Made by a program: the position numbers and the translations under genes. From NCBI GenBank assembly GCA_963710755.1, contig CAVQBK010000004.1, positions 32,001 through 96,000 on the forward strand: DNA of 64,000 nt, in the 5' to 3' direction. Positions 30,901 through 39,416 of the stretch are shown piece after piece. This DNA comes from an uncultured bacterium (GTDB lineage: Bacteria > Oederibacteriota > JAAXVQ01 > JAUVAV01). The notes under the pieces are model-generated. The model did not search any database and was not told where the DNA came from. It saw nothing but the letters and a program-made list of their open reading frames with translations. Position 1 is the stretch's first letter. Each line of letters starts with the position of its first letter.

Positions 30901-31483
30901 TTTATGGTATTATTCACCGGCTCAAACATTCAGTAATCGTGTCCAGGGTTTAACGGCCGATGTGGACCTAAATGGAAAGCCAGATAGTGGTATCGAGAAG
31001 CGTTTGGCTGAAAACCTGAGCCGCGGCCTGGATGAGGCAAGGAACGCATTGAATGATTTAACATCACAAATAGAACAAGCGGAGCCCGACAAACCCGTAC
31101 AGGGTGCTCTCTTAAGTCAAAAGCGGGATCTCTTATTCAGTATTTATCTAAACCGCATTTTGGAAAAACTGGGAGAACATAATTCGGTAGCCAACGTCAG
31201 ATTGCTGATCCGTTTGCTTTTAAAAGAGATGTCCCGCCCCGATGTTTCTGTGACGTATAAAGAAGGCATTTTGGAGCTTCTGAAGGTGATTAATCCTTTT
31301 GACCAGGCGGCTTATCAGATAAACTTAGGCAATAACATAACTGAACCTGTTATGTTGCCACTGGCCCTAACGGAAACAGCCTTGCGCGATTATTTACTGC
31401 TCTTCTTTGAGGTCTTTGATCAACAAGGGCAACCAATGATGCCCTTGCGCCGGATTGAATTGCGACATGGTGCTTCAGCCTAA
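24965..31483 (+). CDS. Giant ~2170-aa multidomain membrane protein, paralog of 17365..24753, with an HExxH zincin module
   Basis: ATG at 24965 follows GGAGG and is preferred over 24893; IQDLHCNYEIQ…VAIEG…LITGGFH; AILHEIFH…WLAEMF; ends RRIELRHGASA. Confidence 0.9.
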   Translation: MLSQDQFRPASLGLWKNKAMVKWTKAISLLITLAFILPTLGWTFDQSLLEEQLFVQTKLDGKGSKALADQFRIAPYLGQLTEASYHTGGKTVVLIQDLHCNYEIQENIRGILNHLVDRHPELKLVAIEGASGLIPTLDLGLIPDSQAKRAVTDYYVHQGKLTGADHFTICDNKRVELYGAENLELYNKSLDLIRSFSTEENRGLLLEMMDQLQTLKASIYHPALAAFDRKHLAFQEGKLSAHDYRETLLQTAQQEKINPLAGPLAVIAGRRPLNYHEQQIQETYLEKALFQKLAQSPAEKQMLTLSTYLETAERILTIAAAPNDLSAYQQESQSLSFKAVNAYLKKNLGFDYIDLGDDLDTLNQAMANALSFYDLALQRNQTLSQQTLSRLAARHEQTAVLITGGFHTDKIAELLKSKGQSVVVIRPNLTKMQYSSNYYDLLLHPEQESPFEQAVAQAYRRTVAIGVMDQQVNMNFKQEFFRMLDISKRAAQMTIGQSVTLGSVVLTKVSQSMVQIKSALGSFYMNLKNPRGANTIEVETEKQRAQAQPKNWILRLVKSPLMQVFIAALTASSSVAAEPIQIVIKVSGFGPIHWVLVGLALFVGIYKLLSLLNTARGMVRGLVASGMMWSTFAGTALSDYIQTAMSDSSRGSDGFITNISQLLNRGVAQALNSIGNLMKIKRHLSQPEDEGTFVKISKFLNEHAGQSGTKLIFNGTLTVLEQTPTIRWGTVAARQAALLAQSSEALFGISATELELEFETAQLRKKHEAERLAEMQLGERVPHVWNGDGKHVQYISGADIDDMLKIFTTTFGPAFATVIPVDTYAEDPERRDPKVKDFGPVSSRTIDGMTLQHWVERIESAYGASWREIISNLDNEAWFNSRKGTNGFNRSTIKFISQAYSQSRNPATEFLILPRVIIRHPYLDQNEDQINANILYSYSPHKIFQRLRQINGKIPSLLSEIVDKKVRETIAWNLDEIQKMDAAHPIRPSYDLASQVLVDAILHEIFHTMFFHLTNDQLVQFKNLLEAAPKGRVYFKNWIKALEGIQYVRLADHQGDPKYANPSAFTWDKAETLWLAEMFCDLGPMVLMHLNDKNHVHETELGEKLTPQLEQFFTNVFDTLKWFSGEDRLFIFTYNHLSRSKAYQSRLINASLLIPMQTNPQGALNQRMSILAGLYNEKKEGLIVGTPVNLSDKVPEAEEPASFSAALRSAEQPSASLPEDNAASFMSFAQNISTAPSTEENTERGTDFEEDPTLARAMVTGPRVQQSALISTDAPVQPEVSMGDAFISITEGQASVVSHSTIGQTESQNKQTQPNTPIFNGAVTPYGPYERFGIRPKDNNNNNEIIPAPVQEALIGNPDLLNAILGQPRVADIIGQARDLLTTVPEGQPITIGLDSPALTALLQKTISSLGQSNPAIYGRLASSVKIVNLPTAANITPQTFTSWAAGPSITVLTNPPTSTSDYVTVRVNANGQVGVGHQISAIPIQAISGLEEAVKNSLLDQHHQILSNLQNKQELKDYLLVNWKAVDSQNAQLLQNYDHQFTVTGYRQPTAAEQSQLLIPSLEAALKPAFSADQQEILVQINLAALNQVQAAVAKPDNIIMNFGPRNAMVAPQKELGYNLETAVLTQAFGAKGTALMPAEKQAAIDKYTQAVGLQMSPDPVVRALQDQELADFIQLLKGFSTVAVEMSPAHDLNGLENEARQPELMQDKIAEIRKAIAGTYSQKASEALSDNEVADIIGQLAMMDFRTVLGPVTSMLAALQRGEGRPWEEQPSLFSASNPLAYFKGVGRAPTAPGAVADLAVKIKETKHNVAKGISRFFSSILLAIVASAVIKDAIFAAMKAPRQDDVSWLSRFISFLGHPGLRQSLLLMAGIVVGRADVWDRLSPVIKAQLVDLQKLSNSGNDFTKMEKSELEQSYPSLKYDQASFKQLNNRMQRNTLFGFVFWMVKRFQKVDKNSLVGLYPEMFALLSTGNQMEDILWYYSPAQTFSNRVQGLTADVDLNGKPDSGIEKRLAENLSRGLDEARNALNDLTSQIEQAEPDKPVQGALLSQKRDLLFSIYLNRILEKLGEHNSVANVRLLIRLLLKEMSRPDVSVTYKEGILELLKVINPFDQAAYQINLGNNITEPVMLPLALTETALRDYLLLFFEVFDQQGQPMMPLRRIELRHGASA

Positions 31484-31515
31484 TCTCCGCTAATCGTTAG
31501 TTACCAAAGGTAAGT

Positions 31516-31557
31516 AAAAACCAGGGAAGATGTTAATCTTCCCTGGTTTTTATTTTT
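31516..31557 (+). terminator. Rho-independent terminator closing the giant-protein cluster
   Basis: aaaaaccagggaagat-gtta-atcttccctggttttt perfect inverted repeat plus T-tract. Confidence 0.9.
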
Positions 31558-31720
31558 GGGGAAATACCCCATGGTAAATAAGGCCGGCACCAGGAAATTG
31601 TGTAAGCGTTAAAAGTCCCCCCGCCCAATCCTCCTCATGCCCTGACAGGGTATTCCAAAAAAAGTGGCTGCCACGAAAAAATGTTTTAAATTAGAACAAT
31701 TAATAAATTGAATCAATGGC

Positions 31721-31785
31721 TGGCACCAGAAATGCGTTGTTTTTTAATAATAAAAGTTAAACATAGTACTGGCACAAAAAATGCT
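31721..31785 (+). promoter_or_regulatory. Two tandem sigma54-type -24/-12 elements upstream of clpB
   Basis: TGGCAC-CAGAA-ATGCG (31721) and TGGCAC-AAAAA-ATGCT (31770) against consensus TGGCAC-N5-TTGCW. Confidence 0.6.
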
Positions 31786-31821
31786 TATAATAAGCTTGGA
31801 TGAAATTCAGGGAGGATAACC

Positions 31822-34410
31822 ATGAGACATGATCGTTTTACTCTAAAAAGCCAGGAAGCCTTGGAGCGGACCTTCAAGGTGGCCACGGAACAAGGCCATC
31901 CCGATATTTATCCCTTGCACCTGTTGATGGCTCTGGCCAATGAGCCGGAAGGGCTGATGCAGCCTTTGTTGGCCAAAATTGGGGTTAATCAACCAATGCT
32001 GATCCAGATGACCGAGGCTGCGCTTAAACGGTTGCCAACGGTCACCGGCGCGGCTGCGGAGCCGCGGGTAGCCCCCGCCTTGGCTCAAGTCCTGGAGCAG
32101 GCCTGGGAGGAAGCTCAAGGACTAAAAGATGAATATATTTCCACGGAACATTTGCTGCTGGCTCTGAGCAAGGACAAAACCGATGCCGGGCAGCTCATGA
32201 AGACCGCTGGTTTGGACAGCAACACCATTTTGAAAGCATTGCAGGAGGTGCGCGGTTCCCATCGTGTCACGGACCAAGCACCGGAAGAAAAAATGCAGGC
32301 GTTAAAAAAATATTGCCGCGATTTGACCGAGGTAGCCCGTTCGGGGAAGCTGGATCCGGTTATTGGCCGTGATCAGGAAATACGAAGGACTATACAAGTC
32401 TTGTCGCGACGTACTAAAAACAATCCCGTGCTAATCGGCGAACCGGGTGTGGGTAAGACCGCGATTGTTGAGGGTTTGGCTCAACGTATTGTAGCCCAGG
32501 ATGTGCCGGAAGGGTTGAAGCAAAAACGCGTGCTGGCTTTGGATATGGGAGCCTTGATCGCAGGCGCCAAATACCGCGGCGAGTTTGAAGACCGGTTAAA
32601 AGCGGTCTTGAAGGAAATTGGGGAACAAAAAGGGGATGTTATCCTTTTTATCGATGAGCTGCATACCGTGGTGGGGGCAGGTGCGGCCGAAGGGGCCATG
32701 GATGCTTCCAACATGCTTAAACCTGCGCTGGCCAGGGGAGAGCTGCGTTGCATAGGCGCTACCACACTGAATGAGTATCGCAAGTACATTGAGAAAGATG
32801 CCGCTCTGGAACGGCGTTTTCAACCGGTTAAGATCGAGGAGCCATCAGTGCTTGATGCCATCTCCATTCTTCGTGGACTGCAGGAACGCTATGAAGTCCA
32901 TCACGGGGTGAAGATTAAGGACTCCGCCATGGTGGCAGCAGTAGAATTGTCGCATCGTTATATTTCGGGACGCTTTCTGCCGGACAAAGCCATTGACCTG
33001 ATGGACGAGGCAGCTTCCAAATTGCGTACGGAGATTGACAGCCTGCCTTCCGAATTGGATGAAGTGGAAAGAAAGGTCCGCCAATTGGAAGTGGAAAGAG
33101 AAGCGTTGAAAAAGGAAAAAGGCACGGCCGCACAGAACCGGCTGGAAAAACTGGAGCACGACCTGCAGGAACAACAGGAGACGCGTAATGCCTTGAGGGC
33201 CAAATGGCAGATGGAAAAACAGCAGATCCAGCAGATCAAACAGCTGAAAGAAGAGGTCGAGAAATTAAAACAGCAAGAGCTGCAAGCCGAACGGGAAGGC
33301 AATTTGGAAAAAGTGGCTGAAATCCGCTATGGTCAGATGCCGGCTTTGCAGGCGCGCTTGAAAGAAGCAGAATCGGCGATTGCCGCCCAGGATCAGGGTA
33401 GTTCGTTGGTGAAGGACTATATTGATGAAGAGGATATTGCCGAAGTAGTCGCCCGCTGGACTGGCATACCGGTTACCAAATTATTGGAGGGCGAATTGGA
33501 CAAACTTTTGAAAATGGAGGACCGCCTGCATCTGCGCGTCATCGGCCAGCGTCAGGCCGTGACCGCTGTTTCCGATGCCGTGCGCCGGGCACGCTCCGGT
33601 CTGGCCGAACCCAACCGCCCTTTGGGCTCCTTTCTCTTTTTAGGGCCTACTGGGGTGGGAAAAACTGAGCTGGCCAAAGCTTTGGCGGAATTTCTATTTG
33701 ACGACGAGGCCGCCATGATTAGAATTGACATGTCGGAATACATGGAAAAACATGCTGTGGCCCGTTTGATCGGCGCGCCCCCGGGTTATGTAGGTTATGA
33801 CGAAGGCGGGCAATTGACCGAGGCGGTCAGGCGTAAACCTTACAGCTTGATTTTGTTTGATGAAATTGAAAAGGCCCATCCTGAAGTTTTTTCGATTTTG
33901 CTGCAAGTACTCGATGACGGCCGCCTGACCGATGGCCAGGGACGAACAGTGGATTTCAGGCAATCCATGATTATTATGACCAGCAATGTGGGCAGCCAGC
34001 TGCTGGTGCAATCCAGTCAAGCTATTGACGATAATTTGAAAACAGCGGTACTTCAGGAACTGAATCATTATTTCAAACCGGAGTTTTTAAACCGCCTGGA
34101 TGACATTATTATCTTTGAGCGTCTGGATCAGGAACTTTTAAAAGCCATTGTCTCCAAACATGTGGTTCAACTTACGCAACGGTTGGCGGAAAAACAAATC
34201 CATCTGACCTTGGACGACGCGGTTGTGGCCTTATTAGCCAAAGAAGGCTATGATCCGGTTTACGGCGCCAGGCCCTTGAAACGAACCATTCAACGGCTGT
34301 TGACGGATCCCTTGGCCAGAAAACTGGTGGCCGGCGAGATAGGACCTGGAGATAAAGTGCAAGCAACCTTGGTTAAGGACAAAATTGAATTCAATAAAAC
34401 AACTCACTAA
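31822..34410 (+). CDS. clpB: ATP-dependent disaggregase ClpB
   Basis: N-domain, two AAA+ modules ([16 protein letters not shown]), long middle coiled coil, RIDMSEY, YGARPL; RBS ggagg. Confidence 0.97.
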   Translation: MRHDRFTLKSQEALERTFKVATEQGHPDIYPLHLLMALANEPEGLMQPLLAKIGVNQPMLIQMTEAALKRLPTVTGAAAEPRVAPALAQVLEQAWEEAQGLKDEYISTEHLLLALSKDKTDAGQLMKTAGLDSNTILKALQEVRGSHRVTDQAPEEKMQALKKYCRDLTEVARSGKLDPVIGRDQEIRRTIQVLSRRTKNNPVLIGEPGVGKTAIVEGLAQRIVAQDVPEGLKQKRVLALDMGALIAGAKYRGEFEDRLKAVLKEIGEQKGDVILFIDELHTVVGAGAAEGAMDASNMLKPALARGELRCIGATTLNEYRKYIEKDAALERRFQPVKIEEPSVLDAISILRGLQERYEVHHGVKIKDSAMVAAVELSHRYISGRFLPDKAIDLMDEAASKLRTEIDSLPSELDEVERKVRQLEVEREALKKEKGTAAQNRLEKLEHDLQEQQETRNALRAKWQMEKQQIQQIKQLKEEVEKLKQQELQAEREGNLEKVAEIRYGQMPALQARLKEAESAIAAQDQGSSLVKDYIDEEDIAEVVARWTGIPVTKLLEGELDKLLKMEDRLHLRVIGQRQAVTAVSDAVRRARSGLAEPNRPLGSFLFLGPTGVGKTELAKALAEFLFDDEAAMIRIDMSEYMEKHAVARLIGAPPGYVGYDEGGQLTEAVRRKPYSLILFDEIEKAHPEVFSILLQVLDDGRLTDGQGRTVDFRQSMIIMTSNVGSQLLVQSSQAIDDNLKTAVLQELNHYFKPEFLNRLDDIIIFERLDQELLKAIVSKHVVQLTQRLAEKQIHLTLDDAVVALLAKEGYDPVYGARPLKRTIQRLLTDPLARKLVAGEIGPGDKVQATLVKDKIEFNKTTH

Positions 34411-34457
34411 ACCTTGCGCAAGGTTTGTGATTTTTACGTCATGTCTTCTTGGGGTGC

Positions 34458-34485
34458 GTAGGGAACGGTCACGGCCGTTCCCTAC
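34458..34485. repeat. GTAG-type REP-like palindrome
   Basis: gtagggaacgg-tcacgg-ccgttccctac. Confidence 0.65.
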
Positions 34486-34681
34486 CATGTTGTGACCCGC
34501 AAGAACCGAAAAGATTAGGCTCCGGCCTACACAAACTGTACATCTTGCCAACCCATTACCTAAGGATATAAAAATTCTATCGCTTTTCCAACAATCATGG
34601 TTAAATGATCTTCATAATAATAACGTCCTTTTTGATCTCGGTTTGAGGTCAGAAGAGACCCAGTCCCCTCCAGGATAGGCC

Positions 34682-36268
34682 ATGAAAAGACATCTCCTCA
34701 TTTTGCTGTCCATACTCTTATATGCTCTTCCTGCCATGGCGGCGGAGCCTCATTTGGTGCCCCCCCGCCACCCTATCGCCAGACCTGCCGATGGCATGTT
34801 GGTTAAGTATAAAACACCGCTATCCCAGCAGGCTCAACAGCAACTCTTGGGCCGGCTCAATATTGAGCACCTTCCTTTAAACCCTTCTCAATCCGTGCGG
34901 GTTCAGCAAGCCCAAATGAAGAAAAATCCCAATGTGGCCTGGGTGGAGCCCAACCGCTGGCGCTATGCCCAAGCCGTGGAAGTGACCCCCAACGATATTT
35001 ATTACCGCCCGGAGCGTAATGACCGTCATTACCAGCAATGGTATTTATTTATGATCAATGCCAACTATGCCTGGTCGATCAGCAAAGGCCGTCAGGATAT
35101 CATTGCAGCCGTGGTGGATACAGGCGTGGATCTTAATCATCCGGATTTGAAAGACCGTCTGCTTCCAGGTAGAACGATTATTGACCAACAGGACTATTCG
35201 CCTCCTGCCAACGGGATGGATGATAATGGCCATGGCACCCATGTGGCCGGTTTGATTGCGGCAACCAGTGACAATGAAACCGGCATTTGCGGCACCAGTT
35301 GGCAAGGAAAGCTTTTACCGGTCAAAGTTTTAAATGATAAAGGCGAAGGCACAGATGCCGATATTGCCGCCGGCATCATGTGGGCTGCTGATCAGGGGGC
35401 CAGAATCATCAACCTCTCCCTGGGGGGGGCTAATGACGACGGCTCGGTGCCACAGGTTTTGCAGGACGCCGTGACCTATGCGCATCAACAGGGATGTTTG
35501 ATCATAGCGGCTTCCGGTAATTCAGGGGATAACAGCATTTTCTACCCCGCCTCCTTGGATTATGTGGTTTCCGTGGCAGCCACTGATCCCTGGGACGAAC
35601 GTGCTGATTATTCTACCTATAATGCCTATGTGGATTTGGCGGCCCCCGGCGGTGCCGGGGGCAAGCTTTTTGATATTGCCACAGGCATCATCAGTACTTA
35701 TTGGAGCACAGGCAGCGCAGCCATGGATAGCCTTTCCGGGCCGGAGGCCGGCGATTATGCGGTGACGGCCGGCACTTCGATGGCCGCAGCCGTGGCTTCG
35801 GGCGCAGCCTTGGTCTTGTGGAGTCAAGATTCGTCGGCTACCGCCGATGACATTGAAAACACCCTCAAGACATCAGCCCGGGATATCGGCCCCAGCGGAC
35901 CGGATGTACAGTCCGGCAGCGGCCGTATAGACCTGCTGGCTGCTCTGGGCAATCCGGTGCCCGTGAATCCGGAGCTAACGCTGTACAATTACCCTAATCC
36001 CTTCCGGCCCGCGCAAACAAGCGAAACGAAAATAGTGTTCTATCTGGAGGCACCGGCAAGATGCACCCTTAAGCTCTATGATGCAGCCCGGACCTTGGTA
36101 TGGGAAAAACAACTGGATGCCGGCCAAACCATGGCTGGTAAAAATGTCTTGTCCTGGGATGGGAAAAATCAATTCGGCACTATTGTCGCCAATGGCACCT
36201 ACTTAATGCAATTAGCCACAGATCAAGGGCGAAAAAGTAAAATTAAATTTATTTCCGTGATACGTTAG
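34682..36268 (+). CDS. Secreted subtilisin-like (S8) serine protease with a T9SS-like/FlgD-Ig C-terminal domain
   Basis: Signal peptide; prodomain ending WVEPN; VDTG, HGTHVAG, GTSMA triad; C-terminal YNYPNPF…WDGKN…VANGTY. Confidence 0.92.
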   Translation: MKRHLLILLSILLYALPAMAAEPHLVPPRHPIARPADGMLVKYKTPLSQQAQQQLLGRLNIEHLPLNPSQSVRVQQAQMKKNPNVAWVEPNRWRYAQAVEVTPNDIYYRPERNDRHYQQWYLFMINANYAWSISKGRQDIIAAVVDTGVDLNHPDLKDRLLPGRTIIDQQDYSPPANGMDDNGHGTHVAGLIAATSDNETGICGTSWQGKLLPVKVLNDKGEGTDADIAAGIMWAADQGARIINLSLGGANDDGSVPQVLQDAVTYAHQQGCLIIAASGNSGDNSIFYPASLDYVVSVAATDPWDERADYSTYNAYVDLAAPGGAGGKLFDIATGIISTYWSTGSAAMDSLSGPEAGDYAVTAGTSMAAAVASGAALVLWSQDSSATADDIENTLKTSARDIGPSGPDVQSGSGRIDLLAALGNPVPVNPELTLYNYPNPFRPAQTSETKIVFYLEAPARCTLKLYDAARTLVWEKQLDAGQTMAGKNVLSWDGKNQFGTIVANGTYLMQLATDQGRKSKIKFISVIR

Positions 36269-36276
36269 GACAGCAC

Positions 36277-37245
36277 ATGAAGCGATGGTTGGTTGTTGGC
36301 ATACTTGCGGGCATGAGTCTGGTAGGGATGGTTCGAGCCGAGTCCCTCAGCGTGGGCGGCCCGGGAGCGTTTTTAAATTACGGCTTAGGTGCCAAGGGTG
36401 AAGCTATGGGCGGAGCCATGACCGCCATGATCGGCGATCCTCTGGCCATGCTGGCCAATCCCGGAGCCTTGGCACTGATTACAGCCCAGTCGGTCAGCAG
36501 CACTTATATTGTTTTGCCGGGAGGAGGAGATTTTTCCCAGATTGCTTATGCCCTGCCTTTGGCAGCTTTTCGAGTACCGGAAAATGGTCAGGCAGGAAGC
36601 ATTTCCAGTCTGCAGCTCGGCGGTCTGGGTGTTTATCTGACCAGGCTGGCCGTATCCTACCAAATCGAAGCACGCACCACGGATTCGCTTAATCCTGATT
36701 ATTTTTTTTCCGACATTGAAGGGGTCTATGGCCTGAGTATGGGCCTTCCCTTGGGCGCCACTTGGGGCGCAGGGCTGTCGGTCAAGGGGCTTTACCACCT
36801 GGTGGAGCATGAAAGTGCCCAGGGCTGGGGCCTTGACGCCGGCTTTTATTACAAGCCATGGGACGCCCTTACCCTGGCGGCGATGGTACATAATGGCTAC
36901 ACCAGTTTCTATTGGACCACTGGCCACAGGGAACTGGCGGCCCCCCAGTTCACCCTAGGCACGGGTTATCATTTAGATCTACAACCGTCTGTGGCACTGA
37001 CAGTAAATACACAAGTAGAAAAGGAATTAAGTCAGGCTTCGTTTGCCTATGCCCTGGGCATGGAAGCCGGTTTTTTCAAGTTCCTGGCTGTACGCGCCGG
37101 TTATGACGGGTACTTTTCCACCGGCCTGGGGGTTACCTGGCCTAAATTCGGTTGGGCGCAAGCGGATTTAAAATTGGATTATGCCTTGGTTCAGGATGCC
37201 ATCCGCGACTGGGATCATTGGCTAACCCTGCAATTAAGCTTTTAG
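36277..37245 (+). CDS. PorV/PorQ-like (UPF0164-type) outer-membrane beta-barrel
   Basis: Signal peptide; GAFLNYGLGAKGEAMGGA…NPGAL; DAG, LAVRAG, LDYA; terminal Phe (LQLSF). Confidence 0.8.
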   Translation: MKRWLVVGILAGMSLVGMVRAESLSVGGPGAFLNYGLGAKGEAMGGAMTAMIGDPLAMLANPGALALITAQSVSSTYIVLPGGGDFSQIAYALPLAAFRVPENGQAGSISSLQLGGLGVYLTRLAVSYQIEARTTDSLNPDYFFSDIEGVYGLSMGLPLGATWGAGLSVKGLYHLVEHESAQGWGLDAGFYYKPWDALTLAAMVHNGYTSFYWTTGHRELAAPQFTLGTGYHLDLQPSVALTVNTQVEKELSQASFAYALGMEAGFFKFLAVRAGYDGYFSTGLGVTWPKFGWAQADLKLDYALVQDAIRDWDHWLTLQLSF

Positions 37246-37250
37246 GGCTA

Positions 37251-37279
37251 TTGACAAAGACTTGGTAACAGGATAAAAT
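37251..37279 (+). promoter_or_regulatory. Sigma70 promoter upstream of the yicC-gmk-rpoZ-coaBC region
   Basis: TTGACA-17 nt-TAAAAT. Confidence 0.7.
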
Positions 37280-37603
37280 CCTTTACTTTTATACAATTTC
37301 AGGATTTTCCGGGGCGCGCTCCGGAAAAATAGGGACTATTAAATTTATCTTGCATCACTTGGACAGCAGGGCCATTTAGAGTTTAAAGCGTGAAAGTGGT
37401 CTAACTGTATTTTCAAGTTATCGCTGCTTAGCGACGTTTGCGCATCCATGCCTCAATTAAAGCAGTCATGTGGCCGCCATAGGCTAAAACGCATGGCTGG
37501 TCATCGCCACAGCAACAACAAGAAAGTCTTTTCCCATAGGTCCCGTAACGACGCCTCAGGGTACGAGGTATTCGCGAGGACGTATTAAACAATTAAGGAA
37601 AAC

Positions 37604-37834
37604 ATGATGAACCTGACAAAAAAACCAGTCTTGCTTATTTTGATCAGCGCAACAGGGTTGCTGGTCTTCCTTTCGATTTTATTATGGCTGTCGCTTCGAC
37701 CTATTCATCCCAAAACCATGAACGTGATGTTAACCTTTCTTTGGGCGTTCATAGGACCGTCTTGGTTGGTTGCAGCTCTGGGGGATCGTTTGCTCGGTCA
37801 GGACCACGCTTCGCAGGGAGGCGTAAAAAGATGA
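37604..37834 (+). CDS. Small membrane protein (two hydrophobic helices)
   Basis: RBS aagga; two hydrophobic stretches; stop overlaps yicC start (ATGA). Confidence 0.6.
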   Translation: MMNLTKKPVLLILISATGLLVFLSILLWLSLRPIHPKTMNVMLTFLWAFIGPSWLVAALGDRLLGQDHASQGGVKR

Positions 37835-38709
37835 TTATCAGCATGACCGGCTATGGCCGGGGAGAGGCACGCAGCCAGGACATGGCTTTGGCTCTGGAAA
37901 TCAAGACGGTTAATCATCGCCATGTGGAAACGGTGATTAAATTGCCCGGTGGCTTGTGGGAACTGGAAAACGAAATCAAGGAAAAAATCCTTCAGGTCGT
38001 GCGTAGGGGACGGGTGGAAGTCTATTTGCACATGTTGACACCAGTGGCAGGCAGTAATGAACCAGTGGTGGATATTGTGTTGGCCGGCAAATATCTTCAA
38101 GCCCTGCGGCAAGCTAATAAGGTATTAAAACTTAAAGGCGAACCGGACCTGGCTCAGTTAAGCAAATGGCCCAATGTCATTCGGGTGGAAGAGAGGCCGG
38201 TTAAAACCGCGGCCTTGCGGCCTTTGGTGGAGCGCGCCCTCAAACAGGCCCTGCAGCGCCTGCTGACCATGCGGCGCACGGAAGGCAAAAAATTGGCGGC
38301 TGATATCCGCAGTCGTTTGGCGAAAGTGAAAAAAATTACCGTGGCGATTAAAAAAAGAGTCCAGACCACAGCCCGCCAACAAGAACTGCAACTGAAAAAA
38401 AAATTAAGCGCCCTGGTAGCTGATGATCCGGGCGAGGTAAAACGCATGGCCCAGGACATTTGCGTCAAATATCTTCGTTCTGATATCACCGAAGAACTGG
38501 TGCGGCTGGCTTCACATCTGCATCAAATGCAGCTCTTCATGGCCAGCGAGGAAGCAGTAGGCCGCCGTCTGGATTTTTTGATCCAGGAGATGAACCGGGA
38601 GATCAATACCATCGGTTCCAAAGCAGGCGATGCCCAACTGGCCCATCAGGTTGTGATGGTTAAAGAGGAATTGGAGAAAATTCGCGAGCAAGTTCAGAAT
38701 TTTGAATAA
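37831..38709 (+). CDS. yicC: YicC/YloC family endoribonuclease
   Basis: SMTGYGR, EIKTVNHR, DITEELVRL, GRRLDFLIQEMNREINTIGSK, EQVQNFE; ATG at 37831 after gggagg (the track start at 37684 is too long). Confidence 0.95.
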   Translation: MIISMTGYGRGEARSQDMALALEIKTVNHRHVETVIKLPGGLWELENEIKEKILQVVRRGRVEVYLHMLTPVAGSNEPVVDIVLAGKYLQALRQANKVLKLKGEPDLAQLSKWPNVIRVEERPVKTAALRPLVERALKQALQRLLTMRRTEGKKLAADIRSRLAKVKKITVAIKKRVQTTARQQELQLKKKLSALVADDPGEVKRMAQDICVKYLRSDITEELVRLASHLHQMQLFMASEEAVGRRLDFLIQEMNREINTIGSKAGDAQLAHQVVMVKEELEKIREQVQNFE

Positions 38710-38744
38710 GGCTAAGGCCCTGTCTTGGGAAAAGGAGAACAACT

Positions 38745-39344
38745 GTGCCCCAGGCCAAAACCAGTGACCCCCTGAAACCGCGCCCCAAGCTCATCGTGGT
38801 CTCGGCCCCATCGGGTGGAGGTAAGACGACTATATGCGAAGCTTTGCTGGCCAAAGATCCGCAGCTGGTACGCAGCATTTCCGCCACCACCCGGGCACCC
38901 CGGGGCAGGGAACAAGACGGCCAGGATTATTATTTCATCAGTGAGAAATCTTTTGCACGTCAACGCCACCAGAACCGTTTTTTGGAATGGGCTATGGTAC
39001 ACGGGCACTACTACGGCACTTTAAAGACCGAGGTCAAACGGCAAATCACAGCAGGCAAGGATGTGCTGTTGGTCATTGATGTGCAAGGCGGGCTTAAGGT
39101 TAAGGAACAAATGCCCCAGGCGGTGTTGATTTTTTTGCAACCGCCTTCCCTGAGTGCCTTGGAAGCCCGGCTGCGCGGCCGTGGCACTGATGCGGAGGGA
39201 GAGATTCACAAACGATTGCGCAATGCCCGCTGGGAAATGCGCCAGGCTCGGGCCTACGATTATCTTGTGGTGAATAACAAACTGCCTCAGGCCATTACCG
39301 ATGTGCAGGCCATTATCCGGGCAGAACGGTTGCGATTGAAATAA
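38745..39344 (+). CDS. gmk: Guanylate kinase
   Basis: SAPSGGGKTT, SATTRAPR, YYGT, IDVQG. Confidence 0.96.
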   Translation: MPQAKTSDPLKPRPKLIVVSAPSGGGKTTICEALLAKDPQLVRSISATTRAPRGREQDGQDYYFISEKSFARQRHQNRFLEWAMVHGHYYGTLKTEVKRQITAGKDVLLVIDVQGGLKVKEQMPQAVLIFLQPPSLSALEARLRGRGTDAEGEIHKRLRNARWEMRQARAYDYLVVNNKLPQAITDVQAIIRAERLRLK

Positions 39345-39416
39345 AATACCGGGCAGCAAGCCCGGGGGTATCGGTGTTTACGGATTGAACCTTAAAATTA
39401 AAAGGAGTAATGGAAC

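Noticed and set aside
303-31000. Numerous 60-280-aa minus-strand and alternate-frame ORFs within the giant genes
   Set aside because: They are shadows of long coding frames, with no recognisable motifs or RBS.
37448-37588. 46-codon ORF (MPQLKQSCG…) in the leader before yicC
   Set aside because: No RBS and no recognisable protein features; treated as non-coding.
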